NCBI GenBank assembly: GCA_965372795.1
Contig: CBDVDR010000004.1
Coordinates: 32,001 to 96,000, forward strand
DNA: 64,000 nt
Direction: 5' to 3'
Source: an uncultured bacterium
GTDB lineage: Bacteria; Zixibacteria; MSB-5A5; GN15; FEB-12
This document shows positions 28,220 to 38,481 of this stretch, piece after piece. The position numbers and the translations under genes are program-made. The notes beneath the pieces were generated by a model. That model made no database searches and was not told the DNA's origin. It worked only from the letters and a program-made list of their open reading frames with translations. Each line of letters starts with the position of its first letter. Positions within the stretch are counted from its first letter, which is position 1.

Positions 28220-29359
28220 CTAAATCATCATTTTATCGCTGATCTGCATTGCAAACCGGTCGGTCATTCCTGCAATATAGTCAGCGACTACAATTTCTAA
28301 CTTTTCGTTATTGAGCATTTTCTGAAATCTGTCAGGTAATTTTTTGGGATCCTGAATGAAATATTTAAAAAGAGAGCTGACAATTGCCTGCCCCCATTCG
28401 GTCATCTGATTGATATGTTCATGACGATAAAGATTACTTTTTAGGAATTTCTTTAGTCCATTTACATGGAAATTCATCTCATCAGAATATGAGATAAGTT
28501 TAATTTTTGAATCTCGAACATCAACCATATTTCTAATTTGATTTTTTTCAATTCTTTTTAAAGACTCTTGAATAACATCAGTAGTAATTTTGTCGATTAA
28601 CAATCTAACCAATCGCGGTCGACCGAATTGATCAAAGGAATAATTCATAAAATCATCATTCAACATTTTTGAAAAATCCGTAAACTGATTCAACATTTCA
28701 AAGGTAATTAACCCCGATGATAGCCCGTCATCAATATCATGAGAGTTATAAGCAATTTCATCGGCGATATCGACTAGTGAGGCTTCAAGAGTTGGAGAGC
28801 TCTTATCAAAATCAGGATGTTCGATTTTGGCATTGGTCTCATGTTTTACAATCCCCTCTCTGACTTCGTAGGTAAGATTTAATCCGGGATGTTCTTTGTA
28901 GTTATGTTCCAAAAAATCAACCACTCGCAATGATTGACGGTTGTGGTTAAATCCTCCATGATCTTTGAGAAGATTATTTAAAACATCCTCCCCGGAATGT
29001 CCGAAAGGTGTGTGTCCCAGATCATGAACCAGTGCTATAGCCTCGGCAAGGTCTTCATTCAGACATAAAATTCTTGCCATGGTGCGGCTAATCTGGGCAA
29101 CTTCGATTGTATGAGTCAGTCGAGTACGGTAATGATCGGTTTCTTCAAAAGGGATAAAGACCTGAGTTTTATATTCAAGTCTTCGAAAGGCAGTCGAATG
29201 AACAATTCTATCCCGGTCTCTTTGAAAATCAGTTCTAAGGAAATGTAAATCCTGAGCATAGACTCTTCCCCGTGTTTCAGACGACCGAGCCGCGTATGGC
29301 GCCAGCATTTGATTTTCCCGATTTTCTATTTCGAGTCGTGATAAATTATACTTGTTCAT
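28220..29359 (-). CDS. dgt: Deoxyguanosinetriphosphate triphosphohydrolase (HD superfamily)
   Basis: FQRDRDRIVHS.AFRRL..KTQV, RTRLTH, HDLGHTPFGH, DYIAGMTD. Confidence 0.95.
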   Translation of the reverse strand: MNKYNLSRLEIENRENQMLAPYAARSSETRGRVYAQDLHFLRTDFQRDRDRIVHSTAFRRLEYKTQVFIPFEETDHYRTRLTHTIEVAQISRTMARILCLNEDLAEAIALVHDLGHTPFGHSGEDVLNNLLKDHGGFNHNRQSLRVVDFLEHNYKEHPGLNLTYEVREGIVKHETNAKIEHPDFDKSSPTLEASLVDIADEIAYNSHDIDDGLSSGLITFEMLNQFTDFSKMLNDDFMNYSFDQFGRPRLVRLLIDKITTDVIQESLKRIEKNQIRNMVDVRDSKIKLISYSDEMNFHVNGLKKFLKSNLYRHEHINQMTEWGQAIVSSLFKYFIQDPKKLPDRFQKMLNNEKLEIVVADYIAGMTDRFAMQISDKMMI

Positions 29360-29367
29360 TTCTTTCC

Positions 29368-30174
29368 CTAAATTCTTACTTCAGTATATGAAATAATTAT
29401 ATGATAAGAAAAGCCTAAAATAGGGTGATATGATAAAGAATAAGAGATTTTATGTTTTTGGTAATTGAATTTAAATCCACCACCGTATTTTAATGGTGAG
29501 TTAGACATACTCAAAAATATTGACAATTTTCTGGAAACATCAATAATTTCAGCAAAACTATAAGTGGGGGTTCGATATTTTTCTATCGTGACTCTACCCA
29601 ATAAGGTATGAATTTTGGAAGGAGAATATTCGCTGAAGATTGTATACCTGGGTTGTACCGGTGGAGCTGATAGATTAAAATTCGGTTTTGTTAGATTATC
29701 AGCCACGAAAGCAGCATATATTTTTTTTATTTTAAATGATGTCGATAAACCAATTGTGATATCTGACACTTTTGGATAATGGTTACCAAAATTTATATCG
29801 AAAGATGATGCCGTTAGCCCAAAGGAATATATTTTGTATTTTAAAGATGATGAAATCTTCAATAACGACTCTGTATAAAAATCTGTTTTACCAAATTGTG
29901 AAAACCCAACAGCTAAGGAATAGTTTGGATTTGAATAAACAGCTGCAGCATAAACCTGATCAAAATACTTGAGTTCAAACTTTCGATTATATCCGGTTTC
30001 AATAGACAGAACCGTACCGCTATCGGTGCAAGTAGGTATCGTCAATGATGACGATGCATTGATCTCTGAGATGGAAACAGAACCGCCCAACCCTTCTGAG
30101 TAAGTTGTTACAAAATCAAAAGCCAGGCAGTTTGAAGTCATAAATAATATGATGATGAATATTTTTAATTTCAT
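29368..30174 (-). CDS. Predicted outer-membrane beta-barrel protein
   Basis: Signal peptide; alternating amphipathic strands; YHPILGFSY near the C-terminus. Confidence 0.65.
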   Translation of the reverse strand: MKLKIFIIILFMTSNCLAFDFVTTYSEGLGGSVSISEINASSSLTIPTCTDSGTVLSIETGYNRKFELKYFDQVYAAAVYSNPNYSLAVGFSQFGKTDFYTESLLKISSSLKYKIYSFGLTASSFDINFGNHYPKVSDITIGLSTSFKIKKIYAAFVADNLTKPNFNLSAPPVQPRYTIFSEYSPSKIHTLLGRVTIEKYRTPTYSFAEIIDVSRKLSIFLSMSNSPLKYGGGFKFNYQKHKISYSLSYHPILGFSYHIIISYTEVRI

Positions 30175-31799
30175 CTGGCAATCACAATCGGTTTTTTGAT
30201 ACTTTTTTGCCCCTGAATTTCAAACAGAAAAATATATATTCCTAACGGCAAGCGATCTCCGGTTTGGGATTTTCCATCCCAAATGATTTCCTCAGGAATA
30301 AATTGAACGTCCTGAAAAAATGTAATAACCGGATTCCCCTGTTTGTTAAAAATCTTCGCACTATAATTGTCAGCATTAACAACATTGATAGAGATAACAG
30401 TAAAATCTTCAAAACCATCGCCATCCGGAGAAATATGGGTCGGGTTAATTTCAATAATATTTTCAGAATATTCATGTAAGTAAGTGATAGTATTTTCTAC
30501 GCCGGGAGTGCCACCTGCTAATGTTGAACGACCCCAGATATTATAATTGTATGACCAGGTATAGTTGCTGTCAAAAACTTCTGAATATTCCATTTTATCA
30601 ATTACAATTCCATTCATTTCTAAAAGCATGACAACATCAGAAGAATTATTGTAATTGGGGAAATTGTTAATTTGATGTACCTGTAAATTGGATAAATTAT
30701 AAAAGTGATTAAAGTCAATCGAATCACTGGTAAGGATTAAATATTCCCCACTTTCGAGTATTAAGTCATCATCAGTTATGTCTACAGTCGTAACTGCATC
30801 GGCGATAAACCAGTTTTTCAAATTAATATTCACCATAGAATTGTTGTATATCTCAACCCATTCAGCCATTAATTCGTTTAGAGGATTTGCTAAAAGTTCT
30901 GAAATGATAATTTCCGGAAAATCATCTCCAACGGTGACAATATTTTCAAAATTGTTTCGAATACGATCATCATCTGATAATATTGCTTTTAAATATATAT
31001 ACTTCCCATCAACATCAATGATACCATCAACAAATTCTGTGTCAGAAGGATTAATATCCGGGAGTGCTATAAATGCAAGAGTATCAGTTATATTATTAGC
31101 AGAATCAGTTTGATATAAATTTAGCTTTGCATACTTGACTATCTCTCGGCCACGATTTGTAATTTGTATCGAGATTTCTGGAATTTCTGATCGGGTTGTA
31201 ATTTCAGCACCTATGATTGCAAGGTCATAAGAAAGTTCTGTTTGTGAATTTATAAATCCCGGGGTTGATCCGGCTTTATCAATTGATTGTAATATTGAAT
31301 CGGACGATGGATCTAGTCTTTCCCATGAACAGCCATCTTGTCCGCTCTCAATCCATTCAAAAGTTGAGATTAATATACCATTATTTTTGTGAAGCAGAAT
31401 TAAACCATTGTTGTTAGTTAATGAAAAATCAATTTGGATTGCTTTGTTGAAATTCGTTTCCGGGTAGACATTCTCCCAGATTTCAGAATCAAATCCCCAT
31501 CTTTCATAGAACCCTGGTTTTCCATCTGATGTATACAAGTTTCTTGCAATGATAAAATAATCGTTACTGCCTAGCACTATTGAAGAATCGAAAATATAAT
31601 CGGTTCCATTCAAATTTATTCTGTAGTTTAAAAGATCAATCGAAGTCTCGTTATTGTTATAAAGTTCAACCCATTCTAACGATCTTTCCGAAGATGGTTC
31701 GTTGGACATGACTTCGTTAATTATAACCTCCCCATAAGTTGATTCAATCAGAATAAAAGCTAAAATTAAAAAGATCACCTGGCGTATCAAAATCCCCAC
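30171..31799 (-). CDS. Secreted protein with two lamin-tail domains and a C-terminal FlgD-Ig/T9SS type B-like sorting domain
   Basis: VIINEVM..EWVELYN and IIISELL..EWVEIYN; ISPDGDGFED...WDGKSQTGDRLPLGIY. Confidence 0.85.
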   Translation of the reverse strand: MGILIRQVIFLILAFILIESTYGEVIINEVMSNEPSSERSLEWVELYNNNETSIDLLNYRINLNGTDYIFDSSIVLGSNDYFIIARNLYTSDGKPGFYERWGFDSEIWENVYPETNFNKAIQIDFSLTNNNGLILLHKNNGILISTFEWIESGQDGCSWERLDPSSDSILQSIDKAGSTPGFINSQTELSYDLAIIGAEITTRSEIPEISIQITNRGREIVKYAKLNLYQTDSANNITDTLAFIALPDINPSDTEFVDGIIDVDGKYIYLKAILSDDDRIRNNFENIVTVGDDFPEIIISELLANPLNELMAEWVEIYNNSMVNINLKNWFIADAVTTVDITDDDLILESGEYLILTSDSIDFNHFYNLSNLQVHQINNFPNYNNSSDVVMLLEMNGIVIDKMEYSEVFDSNYTWSYNYNIWGRSTLAGGTPGVENTITYLHEYSENIIEINPTHISPDGDGFEDFTVISINVVNADNYSAKIFNKQGNPVITFFQDVQFIPEEIIWDGKSQTGDRLPLGIYIFLFEIQGQKSIKKPIVIAR

Positions 31800-33421
31800 C
31801 TCATATTTGATGATATTGTTGTTTTGTGCTTGTCGGTTGAAATCCTGCTATAAGAGTGACTTGCTTTGATAGACAGATAAAAATTTGGATAAAGTTCAAG
31901 ATTGTTTTTGAAATATAGATTCCAATGTTCGATTATTTTATTATGCAGATTAAATTTACTTAGATAAGAATAAAGCTCATAAGTATTATTTTTGTTATAC
32001 ACATATTTTAATTTCAATAAATATAAAAGATAATTTTCTTTGTCTGTTTGATTTTGCAGTCCAACATAGGTTCTTATCCAATATTTATTTGATGTAAATT
32101 TCAATTCCGTTTTGAGACGATGTTTAATATTATCGTTTGATAAGTTGCCAACCAGATTACGTTTATTAAATTTGTTTAGATATTCGATACGAAGTTTAAA
32201 TTTATCACCAAGCGGTTTGATAACAGCTGACAAAATCTCAAGATTAAGAGTATCACTGTTAAAGCCACCTACGATTATTGAATTGCTGAATACAAATTTA
32301 TTGCTAAAACTATATTTCGATTTTAACATCATTCCTTTTTGATCTGATCGTTTGGTCGAAAGAGAAAAATCTATAGATTCTAAATATAGTGTATGTCGAA
32401 GATTAGCTGAATGACTACCGGATGAAATATCAAAAAATTCAGCGCCATAACTCCAGAAAGAATAATTTATTCTATGGTTCTTTCCTGAGATTGACCCTTC
32501 ATTCATTAAAGCGAAGGATTTATATTCACCTCTTTGTATAGCAAACTCAAACTGATTGGTGAAATTGTATGTTACAAATTTATAGTTAATTGCGGTTTTA
32601 TAATCTTCAATGGCTAATATTGAATCCCTGTTTTTGATTTGATTAAAACCGCCGGTAACAGATATTGAGCTTTTGCTTATATGTTTCTCGAATGAAAGTC
32701 CCGCTGTAGACAATCTGAAGTTTTGATCACGTTTGTTGGATGAAAATAAAACAATATTATTATTATTTCGGGAAGCCTTAATAAAAACTCCGTTGCTCCC
32801 GCCATAGTCAGGATAATAAAAAGATTCTTCTTCGAATTTACCAGAGTAATCAAGCAGCTTCCCTCGGTATCCCAAAACCGAACCAAGCCCTATTTTACGA
32901 TTGTACGAACCTGCTATAAATTCTTTAATAAATGTTTTTTTAGAAAAATATTGAATCGAACGATAAACAAACCTTTCCTTGCCGCTATATTCACGATTAA
33001 GCCGTGTATTCAATTTCCATCCGGAAAAAAATGAATAATCTAATTTTATTCGATAGCGGGAATCTTCGCCTTTACTGATTTTTTGATAATAATTATATTC
33101 AATTTTACCTGAAGTTTCTTTTCTAATTTTAAAATCAGATTTCAAATAACTAAGTTGTTCAAGGTTTGGATCGGGAAGTTGCGATGAGAGGCTGTCTGTT
33201 TTGAATAAAAAATTGGGAAATTCTGAAAGAAGGTGGATATTTTGCTGATTGATCCCTTCTAAAAATATTTCCTGCAATTTATTAAATTGATAAGAGTCAA
33301 TCTCTCCCTGAATTAATGCCTCGAGAAGTTCATCTTCCGAAGGAAAGATGGTAGTAGATAATTGCTGAGCGCCTATCCCTGCTGATAGCCCCCATAAAAC
33401 GATCAGAATGAATAATTTCAA
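31787..33421 (-). CDS. Predicted outer-membrane beta-barrel protein resembling FCB HhH/ComEA-associated barrels
   Basis: Signal peptide; AGSYNRKIGLGSVL; beta-strand pattern; terminal WGF. Confidence 0.6.
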   Translation of the reverse strand: MKLFILIVLWGLSAGIGAQQLSTTIFPSEDELLEALIQGEIDSYQFNKLQEIFLEGINQQNIHLLSEFPNFLFKTDSLSSQLPDPNLEQLSYLKSDFKIRKETSGKIEYNYYQKISKGEDSRYRIKLDYSFFSGWKLNTRLNREYSGKERFVYRSIQYFSKKTFIKEFIAGSYNRKIGLGSVLGYRGKLLDYSGKFEEESFYYPDYGGSNGVFIKASRNNNNIVLFSSNKRDQNFRLSTAGLSFEKHISKSSISVTGGFNQIKNRDSILAIEDYKTAINYKFVTYNFTNQFEFAIQRGEYKSFALMNEGSISGKNHRINYSFWSYGAEFFDISSGSHSANLRHTLYLESIDFSLSTKRSDQKGMMLKSKYSFSNKFVFSNSIIVGGFNSDTLNLEILSAVIKPLGDKFKLRIEYLNKFNKRNLVGNLSNDNIKHRLKTELKFTSNKYWIRTYVGLQNQTDKENYLLYLLKLKYVYNKNNTYELYSYLSKFNLHNKIIEHWNLYFKNNLELYPNFYLSIKASHSYSRISTDKHKTTISSNMRWGF

Positions 33422-33425
33422 AATT

Positions 33426-34850
33426 TTATCTCAAATTATATTTTTTCAACTTTCGATAAAGAGTTCTTTCACCAATGCCAAGCTGTTTTGCTGTCTCTTT
33501 TCTATTTCCGCCTGTTTCTTCAAGTATCTTTTCAATTAATTTATATTCCATATCTTCCATCGACTTGCTGTCATCAACAAGATCGGAGCCACCCTGAATA
33601 TCATCGATTGATGCATCTGCTGGAAGGTGTGACAACAAGAGATCGCGAAGCATCTTAATTTCATTGCCTAATGAAATTATAGCCCGATAGATAAGTTCCT
33701 GTCCGGCTTCATCGGCGGTTTTACCGGTGGCAACCGGAAGATGCGTTGCAGCAGTGTTCTGTTCATCAAGAAAAGATTTAACATCAGCTACCTCGACCAA
33801 ACCTCCATCCGGTTTTAAAGCTATCATACGGTCGGTAAAGTTTTTGAGCTGCCTGATATTTCCGGGCCAGTTATATTTCATCAGTAAATCTAAAGTCGAA
33901 TCAGTATAATCCAGTTTCGGATTATTTTTCCAGAAAAACCTTAAAAGAGGTTGTATATCGCCTATGCGGTCCATCAGAGGAGGAAGAACAATTTTGACCA
34001 CTCCAATTCTAAAGTAGAGATCTTCTCGAAATAAATTTTCTGAGATCGCTTCCCCTAAATCTCTATTTGTAGCCGATACTAATCTGACATCTACTTTTTG
34101 AGCTTCGGATGAACCAACCGGATAATAGGTGCCATCCTCTAAAACTCTGAGAAGTTTTACCTGCATTGCCGGCAGGGTCTCACCAATTTCATCAAGAAGC
34201 ACCGTACCACCATCAGCTTTATGAAAAAGTCCTTCACGTTTTGTGATCGATCCGGTAAAGGCACCCTTTTCATGTCCGAATAATTCTGACTCCAATATCC
34301 CTTCTGAAATTGCACCGCAGTTTACCGCCACAAACGGTTGGCTGCTTCGCTTAGAATGATTATGAATTGCCCTGGCAACAAGTTCTTTCCCGGTGCCGGA
34401 TGCTCCAACAATTAAAACGGCAACATTTGCAGGAGCAATTCTCTCAATTGTCTCAGCAATAGCTTTCATCCTTGAGGATCGGCTTACAATATGATATTCT
34501 TCCAACAATCCTTTGGCATGCAAAATATTTTCTATTTTTTTGAGGATACCCTTCTCACCAAGCTCTATTGAAATCGATCCTTCGATATATTCTTCCTCTG
34601 GTTCATTCACCATATCGGTTTCAATAATTTTCCAAATCTCTGTCAGACCATTGAATCGTCTGATTCTGGTTGATACCGGTTTTTTTAATTCGGGATGAGA
34701 TTCATCAACCAAAATAAGGTCAACATGAGATTCTTTTACAATCTGATAGAGATGCGAAATCTGGGTAACAACCTGTCCGATATTGCTCCATTTTATATTG
34801 GAATTTATCTTTTGGTTTTCACTTATTAATATAACAACCCTATTTACCAT
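33426..34850 (-). CDS. sigma54-dependent transcriptional activator (AAA+ with Fis HTH)
   Basis: GASGTGKE, ESELFGHEKGAFTGS, LLDEIGE, WPGNIRQL, LGIGERTLYRK. Confidence 0.95.
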   Translation of the reverse strand: MVNRVVILISENQKINSNIKWSNIGQVVTQISHLYQIVKESHVDLILVDESHPELKKPVSTRIRRFNGLTEIWKIIETDMVNEPEEEYIEGSISIELGEKGILKKIENILHAKGLLEEYHIVSRSSRMKAIAETIERIAPANVAVLIVGASGTGKELVARAIHNHSKRSSQPFVAVNCGAISEGILESELFGHEKGAFTGSITKREGLFHKADGGTVLLDEIGETLPAMQVKLLRVLEDGTYYPVGSSEAQKVDVRLVSATNRDLGEAISENLFREDLYFRIGVVKIVLPPLMDRIGDIQPLLRFFWKNNPKLDYTDSTLDLLMKYNWPGNIRQLKNFTDRMIALKPDGGLVEVADVKSFLDEQNTAATHLPVATGKTADEAGQELIYRAIISLGNEIKMLRDLLLSHLPADASIDDIQGGSDLVDDSKSMEDMEYKLIEKILEETGGNRKETAKQLGIGERTLYRKLKKYNLR

Positions 34851-34861
34851 GAGATAATTCT

Positions 34862-37033
34862 TTATCTTTTTCTTCGTTTTCTTCTTGGGAAATTTTTATT
34901 AACAAATTTTTTCTTAACTGCTTTTTTCTCTATCACCGGCATAAGATTTATTTCGCTCTTCAATTTATCTACTGACACAATAATAACTTTGATTTTATCA
35001 CCGAGACGATAAATTTTTTCTGTACGTCGACCAACAAAACGATATAATTTTTCATCAAAATGATAATAATCATCATCAAGTAAAGAAATCCTGACCATCC
35101 CCTCGGCACCAAGTTTATCAAGTTTTACAAAAAAACCATATCCTAACACTCCCGAAATCACACCGGGAAATTCATCTCCAACATGTTGTGCCATAAACCC
35201 AACCTGCTTGACTTTGATTGCCTGTCGTTCAGCTTGCTCGGCTTTTCTTTCAGTCTCTGAACAGTGGGTTCCGATATGATCAATTATACCTTTAATATCT
35301 TTACCTATCGCATGAGGATATTTTCCGTTTTTCAAGCTCCTGAGCAACCGATGCACTAACAGATCAGGGTATCTTCGAATCGGTGAAGTAAAATGGGCAT
35401 AATTATTAAACGCCAAACCAAAGTGCCCAATATTTTTCCTTTGATAAACAGCCTTCTGCATCGAACGAAGCATCAATTCGTTGATTAAATCAACTTCAGG
35501 AACACCTTTGATCTTTTCCAGAAAACGTGAAAATTGGATCGGCTTCATTTCAGGAGAAACCGGAAAACGATAGCCCAACCGTTTCATCATAATTGAGAAG
35601 GCTTCCAATTTTTCCATATCCGGTCGTCCATGGACCCGATAAAGCAAAGGCTGCCCAAGTCGTGAGACCTCTTTTGCCACAGCCCTATTGGCAACCAGCA
35701 TAAATTCTTCAACCAAACGGTGCGATTCAAGCCGTATCCGATGACCCAATTCAATAACTTCACCCTGCTTATTCATAACAATTTTTGATTCGGGCAAATC
35801 AAAATCAAGTGACCCTTCCGAAAAACGTCTTTTTGTCAATAACTGTGACAATTTTCTGGCTGCTATCAGATTCTCTTCCACCCGTTTAATTTTTGGTGGA
35901 GATTCTTTTCCATCAAAAAAATCCTGCACATCTTCATAGGAAAGTTTTGCTTTTGAATTTATGATCGAATCAAATATCTCCCACCGAAGCATATTCCCTT
36001 TTTTATCAAAAAATATATTTATCGAATGAGCCAAACGTCGGCGGTTTACTTTTAATGAACAGATATCATTCGATAAAATTTCAGGAAGCATCGGGATTAC
36101 CATCCCGGGCAGATAAACTGAATTCCCTCTTTTTAAGGCTTCCTTATCGAGAATAGATTTCTCCTGGACATAATATGAAACATCCGCAATATGAACACCA
36201 AGTCGAAACCCGCCAGTAATTTCCTCAACTGAAATAGCATCATCATGATCTTTGGCATCCGAGGGGTCAATTGTGTAAATCATCTCTTTGGTTAAATCTA
36301 CCCGGTCAGCAAGCTGTTCTTTATCAGGAAATTTGGCAACTTTCTCTGCAAAATTTATAACATCTTCAGGAAATTCATTTAGAAGATTATAACTTTTTAA
36401 AATTGTCAGCATATCCACTCCTTTTTGGTGTGGATAGCCCAACCTTTCGGTAATTTTACCTTCGGGATTTAGATGAGGATCATCCCAACAGGTCAATACT
36501 ACTACAACCTTTTCTCCATCCTTGGCATTATTAGATTCTTTGGGAGGGATATAAAGATCGCGGTGTATTTTCTGATTATCAGGACTGACATAATTAAAGG
36601 CTTTGCCTATATGAAAAATCCCAACCAGATTACGATCGGCACGATCTATCACTTTAATCACAGTTCCGGTCTTTCTACCGCTTGTAAAACCACCCAAACG
36701 AACCATGACTTTATCGCCATCCATTGCCGTAAACATCCCGGTTGTAGGGATCATAATATCCTGTTCTTCTTCGTTCTGAGTTGGAACAAAACCGATACCG
36801 TTGCGGTTAACAGAAATTTCCCCAACAATGATATCCATCTCAGAGACCAATCCGATTCTTCCCCGATTTAGTTTAACCAGCTCTCCGGAAAAAATGAGTT
36901 CTTTGACAACCTTGCGAAATTCTGGATATTCCCGTTTTGAGACGGAAAAAGCCTTAGCTAATTCTTTCATCTTCAGTGGATGACTTATTTCAGAACGAAT
37001 GAAATCAAGGATTTTTTTTTGCGTAAAAGGCAT
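34862..37033 (-). CDS. rnr: Ribonuclease R
   Basis: TIDPSDAKDHDDA, HIADVS, HFTSPIRRYPDL, S1 domain and basic tail. Confidence 0.97.
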   Translation of the reverse strand: MPFTQKKILDFIRSEISHPLKMKELAKAFSVSKREYPEFRKVVKELIFSGELVKLNRGRIGLVSEMDIIVGEISVNRNGIGFVPTQNEEEQDIMIPTTGMFTAMDGDKVMVRLGGFTSGRKTGTVIKVIDRADRNLVGIFHIGKAFNYVSPDNQKIHRDLYIPPKESNNAKDGEKVVVVLTCWDDPHLNPEGKITERLGYPHQKGVDMLTILKSYNLLNEFPEDVINFAEKVAKFPDKEQLADRVDLTKEMIYTIDPSDAKDHDDAISVEEITGGFRLGVHIADVSYYVQEKSILDKEALKRGNSVYLPGMVIPMLPEILSNDICSLKVNRRRLAHSINIFFDKKGNMLRWEIFDSIINSKAKLSYEDVQDFFDGKESPPKIKRVEENLIAARKLSQLLTKRRFSEGSLDFDLPESKIVMNKQGEVIELGHRIRLESHRLVEEFMLVANRAVAKEVSRLGQPLLYRVHGRPDMEKLEAFSIMMKRLGYRFPVSPEMKPIQFSRFLEKIKGVPEVDLINELMLRSMQKAVYQRKNIGHFGLAFNNYAHFTSPIRRYPDLLVHRLLRSLKNGKYPHAIGKDIKGIIDHIGTHCSETERKAEQAERQAIKVKQVGFMAQHVGDEFPGVISGVLGYGFFVKLDKLGAEGMVRISLLDDDYYHFDEKLYRFVGRRTEKIYRLGDKIKVIIVSVDKLKSEINLMPVIEKKAVKKKFVNKNFPRRKRRKR

Positions 37034-37038
37034 GCTTA

Positions 37039-37067
37039 ATAATATTATTTTAAATTATCATTGTCAA
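37039..37067 (-). promoter_or_regulatory. sigma70 promoter directly upstream of the rnr start codon
   Basis: TTGACA-N17-TATTAT-N5-ATG. Confidence 0.75.
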
Positions 37068-37121
37068 GCATATCTGGCATAATTGCGCCAGATTGGCAGT
37101 TTTGTTTGATTTTAGGCAAAT

Positions 37122-37146
37122 AAAAAGCCCGCTCAAGCGGGCTTTT
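37122..37146 (-). terminator. Intrinsic terminator, possibly bidirectional
   Basis: AAAAGCCCGCT-CA-AGCGGGCTTTT. Confidence 0.88.
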
Positions 37147-37184
37147 CCAAAAAAATGCGATTAGGAGGTATCAATGTATATTTA

Positions 37185-37835
37185 TCAGCCGCCAATTTTA
37201 CGGCGAAATTTGAGCTTTTTCATTCCGTGTTCAATTCCTTTAACACCCTTGTTTCCGTGAAGTTCCTTAATTTTTTGAATTTGTTTTTCTGACAAAATCG
37301 AGTTAAATCCATTATGATGTTTATACTTCATTTTAGCCATATTAGCCTTTAAACCGGCTTGTTCATCTATGGCAGAAAAAATATCAGACTCTGAACTATC
37401 ATCTTCATGCTTTAACATTTGTAATTTAGCATTGGCTTTTTGCAGTTCAGCTTTGGCATCAATCATCTCAAGTTTAAATTTGTACTGCATTTCTTTAATC
37501 TGTTTTTGCTGTTTTTCAGAAAGAGCAAGATCTCCCTCTAAAGTATGAAGCATTTTCAGACCAAATCCATCACCACCTCTTTGACCACGATGTCCCCCGC
37601 GATTGCCATGTTTATCACAGCTTCCATAACCGCCACGATCGCCGCAACCACGTCCTCGATCACCGAAAAACTCGCCATGCATTCCAGAGCCGTCAGCTTT
37701 GAAAATGAATTCCTTTATTTCTACATTTCCATCGCTATCAGAATCGCCTGATTTTTCAATCCATTCATGCTGCGCCAGAACCATTCCAGAGAACACTAAC
37801 AAGATTGTCATAGTTAATACGAGTGCTTTTTTCAT
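37185..37835 (-). CDS. Spy/CpxP-family periplasmic protein
   Basis: Signal peptide; G/R/H-rich linker; LALSEKQ and ILSEKQ (LTxxQ-like) motifs. Confidence 0.8.
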   Translation of the reverse strand: MKKALVLTMTILLVFSGMVLAQHEWIEKSGDSDSDGNVEIKEFIFKADGSGMHGEFFGDRGRGCGDRGGYGSCDKHGNRGGHRGQRGGDGFGLKMLHTLEGDLALSEKQQKQIKEMQYKFKLEMIDAKAELQKANAKLQMLKHEDDSSESDIFSAIDEQAGLKANMAKMKYKHHNGFNSILSEKQIQKIKELHGNKGVKGIEHGMKKLKFRRKIGG

Positions 37836-37854
37836 GATAAATTTCCTTCTATTC

Positions 37855-38481
37855 TTAATTTGAATTATTTTGAGAGTTAAATTGTCTTTGTCTTTTCATC
37901 CCCATGCCTCTTTTTTTTCCGCGCTTCAAATCAAACAATTCTTCAACTGCTCTCATCTCAAACCGTTGTTCAAACACAATGAGTTTACCGACCTGGATCG
38001 GATCCAAAAATCCAGATACTTCGTTGAGAAAATTATTTTTAATTTCAAACTGTTTATTATCGAGTATTCTTATTCTTTCTGTAAAATCAGTAACTTTTGT
38101 CTCGTTAGAATTGCTCTTCTTTAATTCATGCGCCAGAGAGTCTGTCAGGTATATTTTTTCTTGAATTGTTTTTTGTCGGGAGCTGCGAACTTCTTCCATT
38201 TCAGGTATGAATTTCTCTTTTTGTTCATCAGTTAATTTCAAAAATTCAAATAATTTTTTCTTGCGCATTTGATCAAATTTGCGATGTCGCATTTTCATCT
38301 TATCAAAATCCCGACCCGGTCCCGGACCTCTGAAAAACTGAAAATTTGAATCTGCGTCGCTATCATTTTGGGCAAACATCCTATCACAAAACTGGTCAAT
38401 TTCATCGGCTTGTACAGAAAAGGGCAGTAGAATTCCCAGAGATAGAATTGTTATTATCAATATGTTTTTATATTTTCTCAT
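37855..38481 (-). CDS. Spy/CpxP/ZraP-like periplasmic protein
   Basis: Signal peptide; LKLTDEQ and FLDPIQ motifs. Confidence 0.75.
   Translation of the reverse strand: MRKYKNILIITILSLGILLPFSVQADEIDQFCDRMFAQNDSDADSNFQFFRGPGPGRDFDKMKMRHRKFDQMRKKKLFEFLKLTDEQKEKFIPEMEEVRSSRQKTIQEKIYLTDSLAHELKKSNSNETKVTDFTERIRILDNKQFEIKNNFLNEVSGFLDPIQVGKLIVFEQRFEMRAVEELFDLKRGKKRGMGMKRQRQFNSQNNSN

Noticed and set aside
28220..29359. dGTPase as an anti-phage defence gene
   Set aside because: It resembles the common housekeeping type and sits among core genes with no defence or mobile neighbours.
37073..37092. TCTGGC-N8-GCCAGA palindrome upstream of rnr as a sigma54 promoter
   Set aside because: GG to GC spacing does not fit on either strand, and a clean sigma70 promoter is adjacent; it could still be an operator.
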